From Actinomycetes bacterium (GTDB lineage Bacteria > Actinomycetota > Actinomycetes > Propionibacteriales > Propionibacteriaceae), in contig JAEXAS010000004.1 in assembly GCA_023458095.1 (NCBI GenBank), forward strand, positions 55,639-119,638: a DNA stretch of 64,000 bases. The letters run 5' to 3'. The number at the start of each line of letters is the position of its first letter. Position 1 is the first letter of the stretch. Of this stretch, positions 40,844 through 50,460 are shown in pieces. The position numbers and the translations under genes were made by a program. A model generated the notes under the pieces. That model did not search any database. It was given only the letters and a program-made list of their open reading frames with translations, and was not told where the DNA came from.

Positions 40844-41539
40844 TCAGCGACCGGTAGTGGTGGCGACTCCATGCTCGTAGGCGGCGATGACCAGTTGTGC
40901 TCGGTCACGGGCGTGGAGCTTGGCATACAGATTGCCGATGTGGGTCTTCACCGTATTGCCCGAGAGGTGCAATTCGGCCGCGATCTCCTCGTTCGATAGC
41001 CCGAGTGCGACCAGCGAGAGCACTTCGGTTTCGCGTGGGGTTAGGGTCGAGATCGCCGAGTTGGCCTTCGCCTGTCGGGCCGAGGTGGAGTCGACGAAGT
41101 GCTCGATAAGCCGGGTGAGGATCGACGGAGCGAACAACGCTTCACCGCTGTGGACACGACGGATCGCGTCGAGCAGTGCGGCGGGGTGCGAGTCTTTCAA
41201 CAGGAACCCGCTCGCTCCGGATCGAAGTGCGCCGTAGACGTATTCATCGAGTTCGTACATGCTCAGCACCAGTACCCGCACACCTCGAAGTGCCGGGTCG
41301 GCTGTGATGGCGCTGGTCGCATGGATGCCATCCGAACCCGGCATCCGGATGTCCATCACGATGACGTCAGGGGCAAGGCCCCGGGCGACTTTCACCGCCT
41401 GGTCGCCGTTGCTCGCCTCGCCGACGACGCGGAGGTCGGGTTGACTGTCGATCACCAGGCGCAGGCTGTGTCGCATCAGGGGTTCGTCGGCGGCGAGCAA
41501 CACCCTGATCGACTGTTCCCGAAGCGGAGGCTCGATCAT
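40844..41539 (-). CDS. NarL/LuxR-family response regulator (orphan)
   Basis: VIVMDIRMPG receiver; LTPRETEVL...TVKTHIGNLYAKL HTH. Confidence 0.9.
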   Translation of the reverse strand: MIEPPLREQSIRVLLAADEPLMRHSLRLVIDSQPDLRVVGEASNGDQAVKVARGLAPDVIVMDIRMPGSDGIHATSAITADPALRGVRVLVLSMYELDEYVYGALRSGASGFLLKDSHPAALLDAIRRVHSGEALFAPSILTRLIEHFVDSTSARQAKANSAISTLTPRETEVLSLVALGLSNEEIAAELHLSGNTVKTHIGNLYAKLHARDRAQLVIAAYEHGVATTTGR

Positions 41540-41586
41540 GGGTTCGTCCCGATGGGAATCGAGGCGTCCAGGCGGAATCCGTGGCG
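41536..41586 (-). pseudogene. Remnant 3' end of a sensor histidine kinase
   Basis: Minus-strand translation RHGFRLDASIPIGTNP*, whose stop overlaps the regulator ATG (ATGA); resembles HATPase_c C-terminal GFRVxAxLP. Confidence 0.55.
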
Positions 41587-42316
41587 GGTGGCCGCAACCC
41601 TGCGCGCTCTGCGGACCACGGTCCTAACCACAGCCGCGGTTGCGCTTGCCTTCTGCCTGCTCGATGCCGGGCCCGACTTGAGCCTGAGCACACCGCAATC
41701 GGCGGGCGTCTACGCGATGGCGAACTTCTCCTTCTTCGCCGCCATCAGCGGCGTGCTCATCGCCTCATCCGATTTCGGCGGCCAACTCACGACCTCGGTA
41801 CTGGCTGTGCCCAACAGAGGCAGCATCCTCGCTGCGAAGCTCGTCCTTGCTGCCGTGGTCACCACCGTGCAGGGCGTCGTGTTCGCGGCGCTCATCGCCA
41901 CCATCTACCAGTCTTATCTCGGCGATCAGTCCGTCTATGCGACCGGGACCGCGGGCACGCTTCTACTGAACCTCGCCCTCGCAGTGTGCTCGTGGACGGC
42001 GCTCGGCATCATCTCCACCTGTGTTGCGTTCATCACCCGCTCGCAGACCGTCGCTCTCGTCGTCATGATCGGGCTGGCCTTCGGCGGCACCCCGCTCATG
42101 ATGATGGTCCCCGCCTTGCAGTACCTACCCTCCAACGCGGGAGTGCTCATGTTCATCGATCGCGAGAACCAGACCGCCGACTGGCTCAACCCACCCGACA
42201 TCACCGTGTCCGCCGCTGGGATCACGGTGGTCCTGTGGTGCGCGGCCAGCATCACCGCAGCCGCCCTGGTCTTGACGCGCACAGACATCGGCGCGCGCCA
42301 AGCCAGCTTGGAATAG
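41552..42316 (+). CDS. ABC-2 type permease, probably 5'-truncated; no ATPase partner
   Basis: SDFGGQLTTSVLAVPNRGSILAAKL, about six TM helices, YLPSNAG; no room for a promoter or SD. Confidence 0.65.
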   Translation: MGIEASRRNPWRVAATLRALRTTVLTTAAVALAFCLLDAGPDLSLSTPQSAGVYAMANFSFFAAISGVLIASSDFGGQLTTSVLAVPNRGSILAAKLVLAAVVTTVQGVVFAALIATIYQSYLGDQSVYATGTAGTLLLNLALAVCSWTALGIISTCVAFITRSQTVALVVMIGLAFGGTPLMMMVPALQYLPSNAGVLMFIDRENQTADWLNPPDITVSAAGITVVLWCAASITAAALVLTRTDIGARQASLE

Positions 42317-42504
42317 GCAACCCTCTCGCCCGGCGGCGACGTCAACTCGACTCGCGGACGACGCTTGCCCATCCGGCGTGGCCGTGAGGCTTCATCCTGT
42401 CCCCACCTGTCGCACTTCACCGCAGTGTTGTTGGTCATAGAGTCGGATCGAATCCGCACAGACATGACAATCGTCGCCACTGCTGATGAGGGTGACGACG
42501 GGAG

Positions 42505-42577
42505 TGGAGCATAGGGGATTCGAACCCCTGACCTACGGCTTGCAAAGCCGCCGCTCTACCAACTGAGCTAATGCCCC
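42505..42577 (-). tRNA. tRNA-Ala(TGC), CCA not encoded
   Basis: GGGGCATTAGCTCAGTTGGTAGAGC...TTTGCAA...GGTTCGAATCCCCTATGCTCCA; G3:U70 pair. Confidence 0.97.
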
Positions 42578-42683
42578 GTGCCGCGATATTCTCGCATCTC
42601 TTGCAGGCTGATGCGAACCCAGAGGCGAGCCGCCGGCGGCGACCGAATCGACCCGCTGGAATTGGGCAACTACCCTAGATGCC

Positions 42684-43103
42684 ATGTGGTCCAAGCGGCA
42701 TGAGGTCGATTACGGCCTGCAACGGCACCGCCGACTGCGGGCACTTCGTGGTCCGCAAATGATGTTGGAGGACGCCGACGCCCTGGATGCCGACCCGATT
42801 CTGTTGCGATCGGCAACCCACCATGGCGAGCCGACCGACATCACCTGTCCGGTGTGCACCACAACCAAACTCATCACTCTCAACTATGTCTTCGGGGACC
42901 AGCTCGGCCAGTTTTCTGGGCGGATCAAGGCCACTTCTGAGCTTGAAGAGATGGAGAACGAGTACGGTGAGTTCACCGTTCGGGTCGTCGAGGTTTGCAC
43001 AAACTGCGGCTGGAACTACATGATTTCTACATATCTGCTCGGCGACGGCATCAGGCGCCGTCCGCCCCGCCGGCAGCGAACCGTCGAGGACATTTATGGG
43101 TAA
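42684..43103 (+). CDS. DUF5318 family protein
   Basis: VDYGLQR, CPVC, YVFGDQLG, VVEVCTNCGWN; usual position upstream of a class A PBP. Confidence 0.8.
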   Translation: MWSKRHEVDYGLQRHRRLRALRGPQMMLEDADALDADPILLRSATHHGEPTDITCPVCTTTKLITLNYVFGDQLGQFSGRIKATSELEEMENEYGEFTVRVVEVCTNCGWNYMISTYLLGDGIRRRPPRRQRTVEDIYG

Positions 43104-45216
43104 GCCCCAGCGGGTGAGTCTCAAGAGCGACCCCAAATCGCCTAAACCCACCGGCAAGGACAAGCCGAAGCGACGGCTGTGGCTACGGATTCTGCTGTGG
43201 ATCACAGTAACCCTGGTCAGCCTCGGGTTGGTCGGGGCCGGAGTAGTCGCCTACGCATACTCCACAGTCAAACTCCCCGATCCGAACGCCGACTTCCGCA
43301 CCAATACCAGCTTCGTCTACTACGGCGACGCCAAGAAGCGGATCGGGTCCTACCAGGTTCAGAACCGGATCAGCATTCCGTACGCCGAGATGCCTCAGTA
43401 CGTCAAAGACAGCATCGTCGCAGCCGAGAACCGGTCGTTTTGGACCGATCCCGGCATCTCGGTCAACGGACTGTTCCGTGCTGCACTGGGGTTGGTGGGC
43501 ATCCAGGGCGCCGACAACACCGCCACCGGTGGCGGTTCCACGATCACCCAGCAGTACATCAAGATCATGTATCTGACCCAGGAGCGCAGCTTCTCCCGTA
43601 AGGCGACCGAGATCCTGCTCGCGGCGAAGATGGGCGGAGAGCTCAAAAAGGAAGAGATCCTTGAGGGCTACCTCAACACCGTCTACTTCGGGCGCGGCGC
43701 CTACGGCATCGAGGCCGCCGCGAGAACCTATTTCAAGAAGACTGCTGCGAAGCTCAGCCTCGCTGAAGCAGTGGCGCTGTCTGGAATCGTCAATTCTCCG
43801 GGCAACCTCGACCCGGCGGCAGGCGAGAAGCAGGCAGCGGATCTGTTGGAGCGCTACCAATACACGCTCAATGGCATGGTGGAGCAGGGAAACATCACCG
43901 AAGCGGAGAAGGCTGCGGTCTACAACGCTCTTCCCACCTTCCAACCGATCAACGAGTCCTCCCGGCTCGGTGGCCAGACCGGCTTCCTCCTGAAGGTGGT
44001 CGAGAAGGAATTGAAGGAGAAGGGCTTCACTGACGACCAGATCACCGGCGGCGGGCTGAAGGTCATCACCACCTTCGACGCCAAGGCCCAGCAGGCTGCT
44101 GTCGAGACGGCTCAGAAGATGACCCTGCAGGCATCCCATGGCTCGAAGAAAGAAGCCAAGCAATTGCATGCAGCCATCGCCTCGGTCGACAACGCCACCG
44201 GTGGTGTCATCGCGCTGTACGGCAACCCGGACTACGTGAAGAACTCACGAAACTGGGCCACCACCCCCCGTCAGACCGGATCCACCTTCAAGCCCTATGC
44301 GCTCGCAGCAGCGCTGCGAGAGGGCTGGACGTTGAAGGACCAGGTGAGCAGTCAGACCAAACCTCAGGGCAAGAACGGGCGGGCGGCCTGGGCCGACGGC
44401 AAAAAGATCTCCCTACTGAGCGCGACCACAAACTCAGTCAACGACGCCTACTTCAACCTGGTTTCGGAACTGAAGAACGGGCCCGAAGCGGTGGTTCAGG
44501 CAGCCAATGACGCCGGCGCCCCCACCGGCCAGGGATGGTTCCTCGACGCCTACCTGCCCCTGGGCACCCCCATGGTGAGCCCCATCGACCAGGCCTCGGC
44601 CTATTCGACGTTCGCCAACTACGGCGTTCACCGCCCCTGGCACGTGGTGCAAGAGGTCTTCAACGCCAACGGGCAGTCGTTGTACAAAGCTGACACCACC
44701 GGCGACCAGACCATGGAGAAAGACATCGCGCAAGATGTCACCTATGCACTGAGCAAGGTTGCCCAAAACGGAACCGGCCGTGCCGCTGGCAGTTTGGGTT
44801 GGCCTGTGGCGGGCAAGACCGGAACCAAAGGCCAACCCGGCAAGAATGGCCACGGCCGCGAAACCATCGCCGCCTGGTTCGTGGGATACACCGCACAGAT
44901 CAGTACGGCTGTCATGTACGTCAAGGGCAACGATGGCCAGCAGGATCTCGGCTACGGCTGGTTCGGCAGCACCTATCCCGCACAAACATGGCTGAGCTAC
45001 ATGCGCAAGGCAATGGAGGGCAAGGAACGCGTCTCGTTCCTTGGGGGAACCAATCGCAAGTCCACCCAGACACCGACACCCACACCCACGCCCACACCCA
45101 CGCCGGTGCCCGCACCGGTGCACACACCAACGCCGAGCCCAAGCGCGTCCGCACCGACCCCGTCCGACCCCACAGCGACAGCTACGGCAACCTCTACCGC
45201 CAGTTCAGGCCCCTAG
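43096..45216 (+). CDS. ponA: Class A penicillin-binding protein (transglycosylase/transpeptidase)
   Basis: AAENRSF, GGSTITQQYIK, GSTFK (SxxK), SVN, KTG; Pro/Thr tail. Confidence 0.93.
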   Translation: MGKPQRVSLKSDPKSPKPTGKDKPKRRLWLRILLWITVTLVSLGLVGAGVVAYAYSTVKLPDPNADFRTNTSFVYYGDAKKRIGSYQVQNRISIPYAEMPQYVKDSIVAAENRSFWTDPGISVNGLFRAALGLVGIQGADNTATGGGSTITQQYIKIMYLTQERSFSRKATEILLAAKMGGELKKEEILEGYLNTVYFGRGAYGIEAAARTYFKKTAAKLSLAEAVALSGIVNSPGNLDPAAGEKQAADLLERYQYTLNGMVEQGNITEAEKAAVYNALPTFQPINESSRLGGQTGFLLKVVEKELKEKGFTDDQITGGGLKVITTFDAKAQQAAVETAQKMTLQASHGSKKEAKQLHAAIASVDNATGGVIALYGNPDYVKNSRNWATTPRQTGSTFKPYALAAALREGWTLKDQVSSQTKPQGKNGRAAWADGKKISLLSATTNSVNDAYFNLVSELKNGPEAVVQAANDAGAPTGQGWFLDAYLPLGTPMVSPIDQASAYSTFANYGVHRPWHVVQEVFNANGQSLYKADTTGDQTMEKDIAQDVTYALSKVAQNGTGRAAGSLGWPVAGKTGTKGQPGKNGHGRETIAAWFVGYTAQISTAVMYVKGNDGQQDLGYGWFGSTYPAQTWLSYMRKAMEGKERVSFLGGTNRKSTQTPTPTPTPTPTPVPAPVHTPTPSPSASAPTPSDPTATATATSTASSGP

Positions 45217-45242
45217 TCACCTTCGCGGAATAGACTCAGGCC

Positions 45243-46601
45243 GTGACTCCTGGCATGCCGTCGCTCTCGACAATGCTCGGGGGCGCATTAGGCACCCATG
45301 CCAAGCCTGGCGGGCTGTGGTATCGATCCTGGTTCTGGGTCTATCTGGTTCTCACCGCGAACTTCGTGGTGCTGATGCTTCGGCAGATCCCCTGCCAGTG
45401 GTACGGCGCGACCAACTACCTGGCGGGCTGCTATTCCGACATCCAGGTGCTCTGGTACTGGCGGGGTCTGCAGGACGGCCAGATCCCCTTCCTGCAAGCA
45501 GATGTGGAGTACCCCGTCCTCACCGGGGCCTTCATGGAGTTGGGACGGCGCCTGGTCCTGCTGTTTGGCGGACGCAGCGAACCTGGCCTTGATGCCGCAC
45601 AGGTCACCCACGCCGCCAGTCTCTTCTTCGCGGTTACCGCAGTCCTGGTCTTCGTCCTGTTCGCAGTCCTGGTCTGGGCGCATCTGCAACTGCACCGGCC
45701 GTGGGACGCGATGATGATCGCGGCCAGCCCTGCCATCGCCACCGTGGGTCTGATCAACTGGGACGCCCTGGTGGTCGCGCTGACCTCGCTGGCGATCCTG
45801 GCCTGGGCCCGCAAGAAGCCGCTGTGGGCCGGCATCTGGATCGGGCTGGGAATCTCGGCGAAGCTGTATCCAGCTTTGCTGCTGGCACCGCTGTTCATTC
45901 TCGCGCTGCGCACCGGCAAGTGGCGGGAGTTCTTCACCACCCTCGCCGCCACCGTCGCCGCCTGGCTGGTGGTCAACGTACCGGTGTACCTGGCCACACC
46001 GGAGGGCTGGCTCTACTTCTGGACCTTCAACGTCGATCGAGGCGCCGATCTGGGTTCGGTGTGGTACGCGCTGCAGTTGGGCGGGTTGAGCATCCCTGGG
46101 TTGTCGAGTCTGATCTCTGCCCTCATGGTGCTGGGAACCGCAGCCATTCTGGGGCTCATGCTGTTCGCCCCGACCAAGCCCCGCTTCGCCCAGGGAGCGT
46201 TCTTGATGGTCGTGCTGTTCCTGGTGCTCAACAAGGTGTATTCGCCCCAATACGTGCTGTGGCTGCTGCCCTTGCTGGTGCTGGCCCGGCCTCGCTGGTT
46301 CGACTGGATCATGTTCAGTGTGGCCGAGACCATCTACTACGTCGCAGTCTGGGCCCACCTGGACGGGGTGCTGCTCGGCGACGGAGCCGGCCGGCTCTAT
46401 TGGCTGGCGGTGTACTTCCGAGTGGGGGTGCAGCTCTGGCTGGCGAGCCGGGTCATCGACGACATCGTGCATCCGAAGAACGACATCGTTCGCGTCTCGG
46501 GCTTGGATGATCCCGATGGCGGCGTCTTTGATCAGGCCAGCGATGCCACCTGGCTTCAGGATTTGCGCGCGCGCTTCCGCGCCCGACTGCGTCCAGCATG
46601 A
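45243..46601 (+). CDS. GT87/DUF2029 polyprenol-dependent glycosyltransferase
   Basis: CYSDI, VEYPVLTG, INWD, AKLYP, NKVYSPQY. Confidence 0.88.
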   Translation: MTPGMPSLSTMLGGALGTHAKPGGLWYRSWFWVYLVLTANFVVLMLRQIPCQWYGATNYLAGCYSDIQVLWYWRGLQDGQIPFLQADVEYPVLTGAFMELGRRLVLLFGGRSEPGLDAAQVTHAASLFFAVTAVLVFVLFAVLVWAHLQLHRPWDAMMIAASPAIATVGLINWDALVVALTSLAILAWARKKPLWAGIWIGLGISAKLYPALLLAPLFILALRTGKWREFFTTLAATVAAWLVVNVPVYLATPEGWLYFWTFNVDRGADLGSVWYALQLGGLSIPGLSSLISALMVLGTAAILGLMLFAPTKPRFAQGAFLMVVLFLVLNKVYSPQYVLWLLPLLVLARPRWFDWIMFSVAETIYYVAVWAHLDGVLLGDGAGRLYWLAVYFRVGVQLWLASRVIDDIVHPKNDIVRVSGLDDPDGGVFDQASDATWLQDLRARFRARLRPA

Positions 46602-47689
46602 CCGCGCTCAGGGGCCACGTTCCGGCCCGGTTGGTGGTGCAGACGTGGCTGGGTAGCCGTCTGATGATGGCCCTGGTGGCGGTGTGGCTGATGGTCACTC
46701 AGCGCCGTGGGCTGTCTGACATGCTCGCCAACTGGGATGTGCAGCACTACCTGGGCATCGCTCAGAACGGCTATGTCGAAGCGAACTCCATCGCATTCTT
46801 CCCGGGCTGGCCGTTGCTGTTGCGGCTGCCCTCGTCCATCCCAGGGATCACTCCGCTGGTGGCCGGCATCGCGCTCGCCCTTCTCGCCTCCGGCGCCGCG
46901 GCTGCTGCCTTGTATCGCCTCTATGGCGCGCCGGCCGCGATCGCCTGGCTGCTGGCCCCGTCCGCGGTGTTCACCATGGTTCCCTACACCGAGTCCGCCT
47001 TCTGCGCCGCAGCCTTTTGGGCCTGGGAGCGGGCTACCGCAAAGCATTGGACGGCGGCGGCCGTGCTGGCCGCGGCAGCCATGTCGATTCGGGTCTCAGG
47101 GGTGTTCCTGATCCTGGCACTGGCCGTCCTGGCGCTCACCCAGCAGGGCCGCGCCCAGGTACGACTGGGACGCCTCGCCAGGCTGACGATTCCGACCGCG
47201 GTGCTGGTGGGTTACCTGGTTTATCTTCGGGTCGCCTTCGGCTCCTGGACGGCCTGGGTAGATGCCCAGCAAGCTGGCTGGGCTCGCGAGTTTGCCTGGC
47301 CCTGGCAGTCCTTGCAGCACACCATCGAAGCCGCTACCCCGGGCAGCTACTACGCCCAGATGGATTGGTCGGCCATGTTCGCCCTGGAGATCGTCAGCGT
47401 CGCGGTGGGCGCCTTGGTGACTGTGATCAGCCTGGCGCGGCGCCGATGGGGTGAGGCGGCCTGGGTCGGATCCCAGGTGGCAGCCTTCACCACCTCCTAC
47501 TGGTTCATGAGCGTGAACCGTGCGGTGCTGCTGTGGTTCCCGCTGTGGGAACTTCTGGGGAGGCTCGGAGTGGCGAAGGGACGCCTGCCCCGCTGGCGGA
47601 AGGTGCTGCTGTGGGTGATCGTCGTCGCGGCGCTGGCGGTTCAGGCCTGGTGGGCTTACCGGTTCTTTACGGGTGCGTGGGCAAGTTAA
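46598..47689 (+). CDS. Mannosyltransferase (PIG-V-like, GT-C)
   Basis: NWDVQHYLGIAQNGY, AFFPGWP, PYTES. Confidence 0.82.
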   Translation: MTALRGHVPARLVVQTWLGSRLMMALVAVWLMVTQRRGLSDMLANWDVQHYLGIAQNGYVEANSIAFFPGWPLLLRLPSSIPGITPLVAGIALALLASGAAAAALYRLYGAPAAIAWLLAPSAVFTMVPYTESAFCAAAFWAWERATAKHWTAAAVLAAAAMSIRVSGVFLILALAVLALTQQGRAQVRLGRLARLTIPTAVLVGYLVYLRVAFGSWTAWVDAQQAGWAREFAWPWQSLQHTIEAATPGSYYAQMDWSAMFALEIVSVAVGALVTVISLARRRWGEAAWVGSQVAAFTTSYWFMSVNRAVLLWFPLWELLGRLGVAKGRLPRWRKVLLWVIVVAALAVQAWWAYRFFTGAWAS

Positions 47690-47722
47690 GGTTTCATCAG
47701 CCTGAGTGAAGGAGACCGATCC

Positions 47723-48610
47723 ATGAAGCTGTTCGTCGTCGTCGCTTCTGCCGGCCGACCTCAGGTGGTCGCCGATCTGGCGCAGTGGTGCCAGCAGTTG
47801 CAGACTCCGCCTGGATGCGAAGTCGGTTACATCCTCAGCACCCCCACGCCGGAGGATGCGCCAGCCGATCTGCCGCCGGTCTGGCAACAGATCAGTGGAC
47901 GTCGCGGTTTGACCGCCCAACGCAACGCAGCCTTGGCGGTGCTCCCCGACGATACCGACTACCTGTGCTTCTTCGACGACGACGCCTTGCCGCGGGAGGA
48001 CTACCTGATCGCGGTGACGGAGCATCTGGAGGCTTTCCCCTCCCACGTGGCGATCACGGCCCGGCTCCTGCGTGATGGTGTGGTGGAGAAGGCCGAGATC
48101 AGCGCCGTGCAAGCACGCGCCGAACTGGAAGCAAGCCACTTCAACCCCGAAGCCTCCCAGGGCTGGAGCCCGATCAAGGAGCTGTACGGCTGCGCCTTCG
48201 CGGTGCGGTGGTCTGCGCTGTCGCTGTTGCGCTTCGAAGAGCGCTTCCCGCTGTATTCGTGGCTGGAGGATCTCGACTACTCCCGCCAAGCGATGCTGCG
48301 CGGCGACATGGTGAAGCTGAACTCGGCGGTCGCGGTGCATCGCGGGGTCACCAGCGGCGGGCGCACCCAGCATCTGCGACTGGGCTACTCCCAGGTGGCG
48401 AATCCGGCTCTGCTGGTGAACAAGCACACCCTTCCCTTGGGCATCGCGTTGGCCAAGACGCTGCGTCCGGTGGCGCGGAATGTGATTGGTGCGCTGGTCG
48501 GAAGCCAGATCGAGGAACGCCGCGACCGGCTGCGCGGCAACTGGATGGCCCTGTCCGATCTCATCGCTGCCGGCGGCAAGGCCACCCCCGAACGGATCCT
48601 GGAGCTGTAA
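47723..48610 (+). CDS. Glycosyltransferase family 2
   Basis: GLTAQRN, FFDDD, WLEDLD, GYSQVANP. Confidence 0.88.
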   Translation: MKLFVVVASAGRPQVVADLAQWCQQLQTPPGCEVGYILSTPTPEDAPADLPPVWQQISGRRGLTAQRNAALAVLPDDTDYLCFFDDDALPREDYLIAVTEHLEAFPSHVAITARLLRDGVVEKAEISAVQARAELEASHFNPEASQGWSPIKELYGCAFAVRWSALSLLRFEERFPLYSWLEDLDYSRQAMLRGDMVKLNSAVAVHRGVTSGGRTQHLRLGYSQVANPALLVNKHTLPLGIALAKTLRPVARNVIGALVGSQIEERRDRLRGNWMALSDLIAAGGKATPERILEL

Positions 48611-48618
48611 CCACATCG

Positions 48619-48915
48619 GGCTTCGACAAGCTCAGCCAACGGTGAGCGGGATGCTGGCTCAGCCTGCCGAAGGGCACAACAGCCACACCTCAACAAGAAG
48701 CCAGCCCGGCTTCGACAAGCTCAGCCAGCGGTGAGCGCCGCCGTTCCCTGAGCCTGTCGATGGGCACACCAGACGCGCCCCAACAAGAAGCCAGCCCGGC
48801 TTCGACAAGCTCAGCCAACGACCACGTCTGCTCAGCCTGTCGAAGGGCGCAGTATGCAGGCTTCGACAAGCTCAGCCAACGGTGAGTGCCGCCGTTCCCT
48901 GAGCCTGTCGATGGG
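48619..48915. repeat. REP/BIME-like cluster 1 (four alternating inverted pairs)
   Basis: GCTTCGACAAGCTCAGCCA at 48620, 48709, 48799 and 48860, each followed by an inverted CT(G/C)AGCCTG(T/C)CGA copy. Confidence 0.85.
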
Positions 48916-48957
48916 CACAACAGATGCGCCTCACCACGAAAAGCGAAGAGTTCTCCA

Positions 48958-48987
48958 TTGACACCTATGGTTACGTAACCGTAAGTT
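48958..48987 (+). promoter_or_regulatory. Putative promoter with palindrome upstream of E1-alpha
   Basis: TTGACA, 18 nt, TAAGTT; GGTTACGTAACC (48969-48980) lies in the spacer. Confidence 0.55.
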
Positions 48988-49047
48988 GTGGCCTGTTGAG
49001 GGGACCTGACCATGCGGTCGCGCCCCACCCGACATCCAGGAGTAACG

Positions 49048-50154
49048 TTGACCGAGCCTCAAGCCGGCCCCGATTTCGTCCAGTTGCTCGACCCCCAAGG
49101 AATGAGGGTCGAGCACCCCGACTTCAGCTATTCCGGTACCGATACCGAACTGACCTCAGCCCTGCGCGACCTGATGCTGACCAGGCGAATCGACAGTGAA
49201 GCGACCGCCCTGCAACGCAAGGGGGAGCTCGGCCTTTGGCCGCCGTCGTTAGGCCAGGAGGCCGCCCAAGTCGGCTCCGCACGAGCCTTGGGCAAGCACG
49301 ACATCGTCGTACCGTCCTACCGTGAACATGGCGTCGCCTGGTGCGTGGGTATCGATCCGGTGGACATGCTCAGCACCTTCCGCGGCACCGGCATGACCGA
49401 TTGGGCATCGCGGCCGGACAACTTCCACCCTTACTCGTTCGTCATCGGCACGCAGACCTTGCATGCGGTCGGCATGGCCATGGCCCAGCAACGCGATGGG
49501 GTGGTGGGCAATCCGAATCCTGCCGACAACGGCGCCACCATCGTCTACTTCGGCGACGGCGCGACCAGCCAGGGGGATGTCAACGAGGCCTTCATCTTCG
49601 CGGCCTCCTTCGCCGCCCCGGTGGTCTTCTTCTGCCAGAACAACCAGTACGCGATCAGCGAGCCCACCGCACTGCAATCCCGGATTCCGATCTACCGGCG
49701 GGCCGCAGGCTTCGGGTTCCCCGGCGTCCGGGTGGACGGCAACGACGTACTGGCCGTCCAGGTGGTCACCGACTGGGCCCTGGATTGGGCACGCAAAGGC
49801 AACGGTCCGGTGCTGATTGAGGCCTACACCTTCCGGATGGGCGCCCACACCACCTCCGACGACCCCACCAAGTACCGCCAGGATGCCGAACTGGAAGCCT
49901 GGCGCGCCAAGGACCCGATCGAGCGGCTGCGCACCTATCTGCTCAACTCTGGGGCCATCGACCAGGCTTGGCTGGACGCCCTGGCTATCGAAGCCGACCA
50001 ACTCGCCGAGAAGCTGCGCGCTGGCTGCGTGCAACTTCCCGAACCCCGATTGGCCGACTACTTCGAACAGGTCTATGCCGACACCCCCGAAATCCTGCTC
50101 GACCAGCGCGACCAGCACCTCACCTTCGAAGCCTCGTTCGTGGAGCCCCGATGA
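49048..50154 (+). CDS. pdhA: 2-oxoacid (pyruvate/branched-chain) dehydrogenase E1 alpha
   Basis: GQEAAQVG, TPP motif GDGATSQG...NNQYAIS, HTTSDDP; TTG start with SD AGGAG. Confidence 0.9.
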   Translation: MTEPQAGPDFVQLLDPQGMRVEHPDFSYSGTDTELTSALRDLMLTRRIDSEATALQRKGELGLWPPSLGQEAAQVGSARALGKHDIVVPSYREHGVAWCVGIDPVDMLSTFRGTGMTDWASRPDNFHPYSFVIGTQTLHAVGMAMAQQRDGVVGNPNPADNGATIVYFGDGATSQGDVNEAFIFAASFAAPVVFFCQNNQYAISEPTALQSRIPIYRRAAGFGFPGVRVDGNDVLAVQVVTDWALDWARKGNGPVLIEAYTFRMGAHTTSDDPTKYRQDAELEAWRAKDPIERLRTYLLNSGAIDQAWLDALAIEADQLAEKLRAGCVQLPEPRLADYFEQVYADTPEILLDQRDQHLTFEASFVEPR

Positions 50155-50460
50155 CGCCGCCCGTACTCCTTGAGCTCGCCCTTCCGTTCCCTGAGCCCTC
50201 CCTTTCGTTCCCTGAGCCCGCCCATTCGTTCCCTGAGCCCTCCCATTCGTTCCCTGAGCTTGTCGAAGGGCGCAGCACACAGGCTTCGACAAGCTCAGCC
50301 AACGGTCGAACTTGCGACACAAGGTTTAGGAAGCCTCCACATACAGGGTGCAGCACGCAGGCTTCGACAAGCTCAGCCAACGGAGTTGTCGCAATGCCTC
50401 CGCTCCGCGAGCCCACACCACCGCTCCCTGAGCTTGTCGAAGGGCAAACAGCCTCATGAC
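50151..50460. repeat. REP-like cluster 2 between E1-alpha and E1-beta, flanked by ATGAC direct repeats
   Basis: Four 21-bp tandem CGTTCCCTGAGC units plus inverted CTTCGACAAGCTCAG pairs. Confidence 0.85.

Noticed and set aside
35900..42504. Integrative element at tRNA-Ala
   Set aside because: No integrase, and I found no duplicated tRNA 3' end by eye; only the deletion remnant is reported
45060..45213. Pro/Thr repeat at the PBP C-terminus
   Set aside because: Ordinary low-complexity tail of actinobacterial class A PBPs
48619..48915. CRISPR-like look of regularly spaced repeats
   Set aside because: Units alternate in orientation, intervening sequences are partly duplicated and uneven, no cas genes are present, and the motif is dispersed at many loci
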